From the NCBI GenBank assembly GCA_022710975.1, contig JAKLGA010000009.1, forward strand, positions 117,547-181,546: 64,000 bases of DNA. Reading direction: 5' to 3'. Positions 54,780 to 61,174 of this stretch are shown here, in pieces; within the stretch, counting starts at the first letter, position 1, and the number at the start of each line of letters is the position of its first letter. Made by a program: the position numbers and the translations under genes. The DNA comes from Myxococcota bacterium (GTDB lineage Bacteria; Myxococcota; B64-G9). The notes beneath the pieces were generated by a model, which was given only the letters and a program-made list of their open reading frames with translations, searched no databases and was not told the DNA's origin.

Positions 54780-55517
54780 ATGCCAGCGATCCGTGGGGCC
54801 TTGGCGATGGGGCTCGCCCTCTCTTTGCTCTCATTCTCCGGCTGCGGTTAGGGTGCTTCCCTCTCGGAGATTCGCATCGAGCTCCAGGACCACGGCAGCG
54901 CCTCCTGCCTGGGCGCGGCCCACCTGATGATCCGCGCCCAGAACTCCCACGACACCCTGGAGCAACACGAGTACGGCAAGTTCTTCCAGACGAACCCCCT
55001 GGCCTGCGCGGGCGGCACGATCCTGGTCTCGGGCCTCGAACCAGACCACGAGTTCCGGGTCTCGGTCAGCCTGTGGGACTCGACCACCGACATGGATGGC
55101 CTGCTGGCCGAGGGCTCGACCTCCGCCTTCGAGCTCGAGCCGGGCGCCTCCCTACCCATCGCGGTAGACCTGTCGCGCACCGACGCTCGTCCGGGCACGA
55201 TCAGCTTCGCGTCCCCGCCGGCCGACTGGTCCCAGGCCGCCGCGGCAGAGGCGTTTCGCTTCACCATCACCGCGGACGGGGAGACCGTGCCGCAGCGCTC
55301 TGGCCACCTCGACGTCCAGCCCGAGCGCCTCACGGATCCGTTCCCGCTGATCATCTCCGACCTGCCCTTGACAGCCGAGCTTACCGAGTACCACGTGGTG
55401 GTGGAGGCACTGGGCAGGAGCACGCAGGGTCTCGACCCGCCCGTGCTCCACTCCTGGACCGCCACCGCTTTCCTGGGCGGCCCGGCGGTCAACCCTGGAG
55501 ATTCGATCCTCAAGTAG
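54780..55517 (+). pseudogene. Lipoprotein gene interrupted by an in-frame TAG immediately after the lipobox (signal peptide 54780..54851; body 54852..55517)
   Basis: RBS GGAGG 6 nt before ATG 54780 encodes MPAIRGALAMGLALSLLSFSGCG, then TAG at 54849..54851. The same frame continues open for 222 codons to 55517. Confidence 0.45.
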
Positions 55518-55657
55518 GAGAGGGCCCAGCCCGCGAGTGCCAGCCGCCTGCTATCGCCGCGCTACCATCCGAAGTACAATGAGGGAGCCAGACGGCAGGC
55601 GAACGAGAGGGCGTGCGTGGAGGTCGGGATCCTGGAGATGCGGAGGAGGCGAATTTG

Positions 55658-56323
55658 GTGAGGGCTACAGTCTTGGCTCTTGTGATTCTTCTGGCCACGG
55701 GCTGTGCCGAGCAGGTTGCGGGCGTCGATGGTGGCACAAATGGAAACGGCTACTGTTCTTATCGGCTTGCCATCGATGAACTGCTACTATTTTCGGACTA
55801 TGTAGCTCTTGGCAGACCGGTAGAAGCAAGGAAAGTGCTTTTCGAGGCGTTAGCTACTGCAGTTATCCCGCCTGAGGACTTCTTTTTTTGCACTATCTTC
55901 AGTGTGGCAACCATTGACACGCTCAACGTGGCTGTAAGACAAGACGACAATGAAGAGGCAACACCGCCTTGGGGCGATGAATTGGCGACCTACCATGATG
56001 AATGCATGCGAATTGCAGAATTTGAAAGAGGAACACAAAATCTACTTGCATATCCGACCGCACTCTTTTTTGCGCAGAACAACATATACCTGAATCGGCC
56101 ATATCTTATTGAGATGCTGGAGGTCGTGGACTCGAAGGTAAAAGTTGGACCCTCGAATACCAGATGCGGTGTAGCGCTGGAAATCGAGGTGACTGAGCTG
56201 TTCGATGCCGTTGCGGTGGGCGACTTTTCTGCGCTGTTGGAGGCCGATACGTATCCTTGTCGGCAGAATGATGGTGCGGCCATTGATGACCCTGACGGCT
56301 CCGATGGATCCGAAGGGAAGTAG
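55658..56323 (+). CDS. Lipoprotein, hypothetical (low-GC island gene)
   Basis: RBS GGAGGAGG then TTG 55655/GTG 55658. Signal + lipobox LATGC. About 47% GC. Confidence 0.55.
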   Translation: MRATVLALVILLATGCAEQVAGVDGGTNGNGYCSYRLAIDELLLFSDYVALGRPVEARKVLFEALATAVIPPEDFFFCTIFSVATIDTLNVAVRQDDNEEATPPWGDELATYHDECMRIAEFERGTQNLLAYPTALFFAQNNIYLNRPYLIEMLEVVDSKVKVGPSNTRCGVALEIEVTELFDAVAVGDFSALLEADTYPCRQNDGAAIDDPDGSDGSEGK

Positions 56324-56424
56324 AGAGACATCCCCCGCCGAAAGGACCCCCGCAGGCAGGTGCCAGCCACACTAGATGGGCATCCGGGAATCGGGGCTGA
56401 ATGACGAGATTGGAGTTCGAGGTC

Positions 56425-57339
56425 ATGAAATCGATCATCCATGCTGGGTGGTATGCGGCGCTTGCGATACCCTTGCTGATGGTTGGCGCAGAATCCTGTA
56501 CTGGAGGAGCAGGTCAAGGGCGCTACTCTGGCGGCATGGGAGGGGCGAAGATCGTGGGGAGAGGATTGGAGTTCGATTGCCCTGAGTATCAATATGGCGA
56601 CTGGGAGAACCCCCAGAAATTCTATCTATTTCCGAGAATCATAAAGAGTGGCGAGAGAGTAAAAATCTATCTGGCAGTGGAAGATGATGTGTTGATTAGA
56701 GAAAAGAATGCGAATGGAGAAGCAGAATTTTCTGTAGAAGTACTGCATGAGAAGGCATCACTCACCAGGGTGGGCTTTGCTGATGACCTGGGCAGCTTGG
56801 CGGGAACCATGTATTGGGCCCCGGTATTTCTGGGAACGGTTGATGTGGAGACCGATGTGCAGGGGTGGGTGGATGTGAACTATTTCAATGGGAAACAGGT
56901 GATAGGTACCAGGAGCATTCTGGTGACAGATGGCACCAAGGAGGAGTCTTCCTGGACATCAAAGGTGGTCTGTCGACTCGATTGTGGAAAATCTGTGCAG
57001 TTGGACCACGTCCTTGTCTACGTCGACCGCACCCCTGTCGAGTATTTCACCAAGATCGTGGCAGCCACGGGTGGCACCCTCGGCAGGATAGTATCTGTTG
57101 GATTCGGACAAGAGCCGTATGGGAATTGCTATCCTAGTTGCTATTTTCCATACCAGGGCGTTGCGTTGGACATCATTTTGCCTGAAGCGGGATTTCACAC
57201 CGCCTGTGGAGCGCTAGATTCAGTGGAGAAGTTGGGAATTCCTGGAGTGAAGGTCGCAATGCCTACTAAAGAATTCGGCACTGTCGATTTGAACCCGCAA
57301 TGCAGAACGATGGAGTTTCCCGTTGGCGACTGCCACTAG
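56425..57339 (+). CDS. Secreted/lipoprotein-like hypothetical protein (low-GC island gene)
   Basis: ATG 56425 preceded by GGAG. Signal peptide ending VGAESC. No known motifs. Confidence 0.55.
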   Translation: MKSIIHAGWYAALAIPLLMVGAESCTGGAGQGRYSGGMGGAKIVGRGLEFDCPEYQYGDWENPQKFYLFPRIIKSGERVKIYLAVEDDVLIREKNANGEAEFSVEVLHEKASLTRVGFADDLGSLAGTMYWAPVFLGTVDVETDVQGWVDVNYFNGKQVIGTRSILVTDGTKEESSWTSKVVCRLDCGKSVQLDHVLVYVDRTPVEYFTKIVAATGGTLGRIVSVGFGQEPYGNCYPSCYFPYQGVALDIILPEAGFHTACGALDSVEKLGIPGVKVAMPTKEFGTVDLNPQCRTMEFPVGDCH

Positions 57340-57384
57340 TGGGCTGAGGAGAGAGGGCTGGCGCGGGGCGGCGGAGCAGGCAGC

Positions 57385-57729
57385 TCAGTGCAGGCGCGCG
57401 GGTGGCTCCTCCGCCTTGACCGCGTTCAGGTCCGCCTTGAGCTCGGAGATGTCGGCCTTGACGATGACCATGTCCGCCTTGAGGCCCGCCACGTCGGTCT
57501 TCAGCACGGACACGTCGGTCTTCAGCACGGACACGTCCTGCTTGAGGACCCGCACGTCGCCTGCCAGGTCGAGCACCGCGACCTCGAGCCGATCGAAGCG
57601 CGCGTCCTGCTGGTCGAAGCGCCTGTCGTGCCGGGCGAGGTGCTCGCCGTTCATCTGCACGCCTTCGGCCACGGCCTGGATGGAGGACTGGATGTTCTCC
57701 AGGAGAATGGCGACCTGATCCTGTTCCAT
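57385..57729 (-). CDS. Small coiled-coil protein with heptad tandem repeats (DVSVLKT x2, then variants)
   Basis: ATG 57729. RFDQQDARFDRLE followed by DVRVLKQ/DVSVLKT/DVSVLKT/DVAGLKA/DMVIVKA/DISELKA/DLNAVKA. Perfect 21-nt DNA duplication. Confidence 0.55.
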   Translation of the reverse strand: MEQDQVAILLENIQSSIQAVAEGVQMNGEHLARHDRRFDQQDARFDRLEVAVLDLAGDVRVLKQDVSVLKTDVSVLKTDVAGLKADMVIVKADISELKADLNAVKAEEPPARLH

Positions 57730-57917
57730 GGCGCCTCCAGGGTAGCGGGCCTCGCGGGTGGAATCAACCCTCGCGTGCCCTCCCACGGACGGCGTTCCCG
57801 AGCAAGAACAATGCTACGATGCTGGATCCACGAATCCGGGGGGTTACGTTGCCAGGCGGCCCTCGGCGCTGCGCGGGTGACCGGATTTCCCGGACACCGT
57901 GACCGGAAATCGGACAC

Positions 57918-57945
57918 ACGCGCCAGGTGCCAGCCACCCGGAGCC
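57918..57945. repeat. Intergenic repeat family C (ACGCGCCAGGTGCCAGCCACCCGGAGCC), copy 1
   Basis: 28 of 28 nt identical to 58831..58858. Core GTGCCAGCC also at 51733, 55537 and 56360. Confidence 0.7.
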
Positions 57946-57949
57946 CGGC

Positions 57950-57991
57950 GAAGGCCTCTTCTTCCCGGCGTCATGCGGAAGATCCGGTCCC
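57950..57991. repeat. Intergenic repeat family B, copy 2
   Basis: GAAGGCCTCTTCTTCCCGGCGTCATGCGGAAGATCCGGTCCC. Confidence 0.7.
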
Positions 57992-58016
57992 TTCCTGAGG
58001 TGCCACCCACCTGCAG

Positions 58017-58059
58017 CCGGGGCGTTGGCAGGCCGTCCGTGCGTGGATCGCCCAGGGCA
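58017..58059. repeat. Intergenic repeat family A, copy 3 (partial)
   Basis: CCGGGGCGTTGGCAGGCCGTCCGTGCGTGGATCGCCCAGGGCA. Confidence 0.5.
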
Positions 58060-58202
58060 TTTCATGGAGGCGAAGGACAGGCGGGAAGGGCAGGGGGCGA
58101 GGTGCCAGGCAGGTTCCAGCCCCCCTCCGGCCGGAACTTCAGGCCTCCGTGGTCCCGTCGCGCCACGCGCCGTCTCGTTTCATGGCGGATAACAATCACG
58201 AG

Positions 58203-58817
58203 CTAGTCAATGAAAAAGCACATTCTGCGCCCTCCCTGGACTGGGATGCAGGGAAGGCCGTAGGTCGCGTTTCCTGGATACTTGCAATCATCGCAGTCTG
58301 ATTGGTCTTCGCAAAGGTGCGAACAGAATGCTTGTGGGTTTTGTGGGTCACCATCGCAAAAAAGACCTTCTCCACAGGCTGACTGCTGTTGGTCAGTACA
58401 GGGTGTGCCACAGGTGCCTTCTCGTGAACCACATTCTGCCCCGAGAGCTATCTTCTCGCAGAACGACGGTTCACCAAGTTGGCTGACGCAGCACATAGGA
58501 CTTCCGTCATCTAGTATGTCCAAGCAGTCAGAATCGGCATCACATGGAATGGTACAAAGACCCATGGAGGGCCCAAAGAGGCCATACTTGCAGAATTGTG
58601 ATTCACAGTCTTCGTTTTTGGCGCATAAGTCGCCAATACCCGCAGCGTTTCCATCGTTGCCGTCTTGACCATCCATCCCAGAATCAGGAGGCGATTCCAG
58701 ATCGCTGCATCCAAGGAACAGCCATTGAATGGCAACTATTGAGACAAGCAGAGAGACTCTTCGAACTACAATATAGGGTTCGAGGAAGGTCGATCTGCTG
58801 AGACTCTTGAACCCCAT
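58203..58817 (-). CDS. Cysteine-rich lipoprotein, hypothetical (low-GC island gene)
   Basis: ATG 58817. Signal + lipobox FLGC. 24 Cys in the mature part. Confidence 0.55.
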   Translation of the reverse strand: MGFKSLSRSTFLEPYIVVRRVSLLVSIVAIQWLFLGCSDLESPPDSGMDGQDGNDGNAAGIGDLCAKNEDCESQFCKYGLFGPSMGLCTIPCDADSDCLDILDDGSPMCCVSQLGEPSFCEKIALGAECGSREGTCGTPCTDQQQSACGEGLFCDGDPQNPQAFCSHLCEDQSDCDDCKYPGNATYGLPCIPVQGGRRMCFFID

Positions 58818-58830
58818 GGCTACCTCGCCC

Positions 58831-58858
58831 ACGCGCCAGGTGCCAGCCACCCGGAGCC
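58831..58858. repeat. Intergenic repeat family C, copy 2
   Basis: Identical 28-mer, 20 nt upstream (gene sense: inverted) of ATG 58817. Confidence 0.7.
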
Positions 58859-58878
58859 GGGCTCCTCGAGGCTCGCGC

Positions 58879-59508
58879 CTAGCGCGGCTTCCGGCGCAGC
58901 AGCCCCAGCCCGATCACCAGCCCCAGCACCAGCCCGCCGCCCTGGCCCGCGGTGGAGTCGGAGCAGTCCTCCGTGTCGTCGCAGGTGTGCCAGTAGCCCG
59001 CCTCGATGGTGTGAAAATGGCAGGACTGGTCGAGCGCCTGCGCGAGGACGAACTCCACCGGGGCGGAGTAGAGGTCGCAATCCACCTCCGTCCCGTCCAC
59101 CCTGAAGCTCGCCAGGAGGCAACCGTCACTCTTGCTGATCACGAAGACCCCGCGCTCGCCCACGGCCAGGGGAGTGCAGCGGTTGCACCCGGATTCGCAC
59201 GGCGTCCCTGCACCCCAGGAGAACTCCACCGGGAAGTCCACGGCCGGGCACTCGAGCCCGCCATCGCAGTAGATCGGCGTCTGGAGGAGGCTGATGCTCA
59301 GCCCGTCCGTCTGGACCGCCGTCACCTCGGCCTGGGCCACCATGGAATTCTCCTGCCATTCGAAGCAGCAGGGCGCGCCGGGGCACATCGCGGCCGCGCT
59401 GGAGGGAAGGACGACCAGCAGCAGCGCGGACAGGAGCCCGGCCAGCGCGACACCCTCGGCCGCGCGCGCCGCGCGGCAGACCCCTCGAGGAAATCCCTTC
59501 TCCCGCAT
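58879..59508 (-). CDS. Secreted cysteine-containing protein with C-terminal hydrophobic + RRKPR anchor-like tail
   Basis: RBS GGAGGT 7 nt before ATG 59508. Signal peptide. C-terminus CSDSTAGQGGGLVLGLVIGLGLLRRKPR. Confidence 0.5.
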   Translation of the reverse strand: MREKGFPRGVCRAARAAEGVALAGLLSALLLVVLPSSAAAMCPGAPCCFEWQENSMVAQAEVTAVQTDGLSISLLQTPIYCDGGLECPAVDFPVEFSWGAGTPCESGCNRCTPLAVGERGVFVISKSDGCLLASFRVDGTEVDCDLYSAPVEFVLAQALDQSCHFHTIEAGYWHTCDDTEDCSDSTAGQGGGLVLGLVIGLGLLRRKPR

Positions 59509-59736
59509 GTCCCCGACCTCCGTGAAGATGATTCCCGACCAGGGGAGGCTACCAGATAGAACGCCTGAAACCAAGGGGCGCGCCCGACCCGCAGGCGCCA
59601 GCCGTCGCGGGGGCGGACCCATGCGTCCGCCCCTGTGGGACTCCGGACCGATTCTCTGTAGGGGCAGACCCAACTTTCTGCCCCGGCGGCTGCACCAGCA
59701 GGCAGGGTTTCGGGAGGGCGCAGGGCACAGTCACGG

Positions 59737-60099
59737 TCAGGGCGTCCGCGGGCCCAGCACGTGGGGGAGCTGACGGTAGGTGATCGGGTCGAGCAGCAGG
59801 AGCGCGCGGAAGACCCGCCGGTGCGGCTCGGGCGATGCGGGGTGTGGCTCCAGGAAGAGCGCGGCGAGGAGATCGCGCCAGCGCAGCAGCTCGCGCCGCA
59901 GGCCGGGCCGCGGCTGGACCTCCACGGTGAGATCGGTGAGCGCGAGCGCGCGCTCGTAGCACGCGCGGAGCCGCTCGCCGCCGTCCTGGGCCAGGGCCCG
60001 CGAGGCCCGGTGGAGCTCGTTGCCGATCATCAGCAGCTGCTCGCCGAGACTGAACTCGGCCCAGCGCGCGGGCGACAGGCCTGCGTGCTGTCCCGCCAT
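59737..60099 (-). CDS. Hypothetical protein, downstream partner of overlapping pair
   Basis: ATG 60099 shares a nucleotide with the stop of the upstream gene (TGATG). Confidence 0.4.
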   Translation of the reverse strand: MAGQHAGLSPARWAEFSLGEQLLMIGNELHRASRALAQDGGERLRACYERALALTDLTVEVQPRPGLRRELLRWRDLLAALFLEPHPASPEPHRRVFRALLLLDPITYRQLPHVLGPRTP

Positions 60100-60467
60100 C
60101 AGAGGTCCTCCCCCTGGCCGATCAGGGCGAAGGTGATCTCCCGGATCGCGGCCCGGATGGCGGGATCCGTGATCTCCATGGAGGGGTTGCCGCGGCTGGG
60201 GCGGATGTTGATGAGCGCGGTGTGCTCGAGGCAGCCGTCGGGCCCCTGACCCGGGTAGTAGTTCGCGCCCCACAGGTCCGCCTGCTGGCTGCCGTCCTCG
60301 AGCAGCAGCTTTTCGGCGTCGGCGTGCAGCTCGCCGCCCACGGCCACCACCCGGCGGCGGACGTCGACCACCAGCTTGACCATGTCGCCGAAGTAGAGCC
60401 GCGTGAGGCGCGCGAGCTCGCTCCGGGCGATCGGCTGCGTGACGATCAGGATGCTGTCGGCCACCAC
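60099..60467 (-). CDS. Small conserved hypothetical protein (resembles DUF5674-type; tentative)
   Basis: MVADSILIVTQPIARSELARLTRLYFGDMVKLVVDVRRR...GGELHADAEKLLLEDGSQQADLWGANYYPG pattern. Confidence 0.5.
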   Translation of the reverse strand: MVADSILIVTQPIARSELARLTRLYFGDMVKLVVDVRRRVVAVGGELHADAEKLLLEDGSQQADLWGANYYPGQGPDGCLEHTALINIRPSRGNPSMEITDPAIRAAIREITFALIGQGEDL

Positions 60468-60650
60468 GACCTCCCGAGAGCTGCCGACAGGCTCGCACCG
60501 CGGTGGCGAAGATGCAAGCAGGGAGGTCGACGGCGGGTTGCCGCCCCGGTCCGCAGCCGGGGCCTCGTGGGTGAGGGGCTGCCGCCCATGTGCGGGGCGG
60601 AAGGGTCACGGCCCTTGCCCGGGAGCGGGCAGCCCGGGTAAGCTCCCCCC

Positions 60651-61016
60651 ATGCTGCGCGAGATCCAGCCCGTGGCCCAGGCGCCGGGCGAGCCCACCAG
60701 GCGCTGGTTCCAGGACGAGGAGTTCGACCTCTTCGTCTGGCAGGACGACCAGGGGCGGATCGTCCGCCTCCAGCTCGCCTACGACCGGCGCCGGTTCGAG
60801 CGCCTGCTCACCTGGGACGAGGGCCGGGGCTACTCCCACGGCGGGGTGGACGACGGCGAGCGCGGGCCGCTCACCCCCAAGGCCAGCCCCGTGCTGGTGG
60901 CCGACGGCCAGTTCGACGCCGCCCGCATCGCCGCCCGCTTCCGGGCCGCCGCCGGGGACCTCGAGCCCGGCCTGGCCGGGTTCGTCGAGGAGCGCCTGCG
61001 GCGAGCGCCGATCTGA
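60651..61016 (+). CDS. Hypothetical small protein
   Basis: 121-aa ORF with coding-like composition. No RBS. Confidence 0.35.
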   Translation: MLREIQPVAQAPGEPTRRWFQDEEFDLFVWQDDQGRIVRLQLAYDRRRFERLLTWDEGRGYSHGGVDDGERGPLTPKASPVLVADGQFDAARIAARFRAAAGDLEPGLAGFVEERLRRAPI

Positions 61017-61174
61017 TTCCCCCGTGCTCCCGCCCGGTTGACGCTCGAACCCCAGCGTGATTTGCTCGCCCCTGACAGCCAGCGCAGCCCGCGCCGCGTG
61101 GTCGGGAGCGGGGATCTTCCGCGCGCCTGGCGCGTCTTGAGGCCTGGCGGCCTGCCGCCGAGGGAGGGTCCGAC

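Noticed and set aside
54488-58065. Integron attC / gene-cassette array interpretation of the island repeats
   Set aside because: No integrase gene in the window, and no RYYYAAC/GTTRRRY core pairs bounding the elements. The GTTGGCA in family A fails the R' consensus.
54525-58192. Small ORFs 54525..54764(+), 54536..54781(-), 57844..58065(-), 57899..58192(+) sharing peptides EGLFFxASCGRSGP / GPDLPHDAGKKRPS
   Set aside because: Similarity is confined to the 42-nt family-B DNA repeat read in two frames. Flanking sequence is unrelated and lacks RBS. Most parsimoniously non-coding.
51733-58858. Sigma-54 promoter interpretation of TGGCAC (reverse complement of GTGCCA) motif copies
   Set aside because: Spacing from the GG dinucleotide to any downstream GC does not match GG-N10-GC, and no TTGCW -12 element follows. 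Kept as an unexplained repeat instead.
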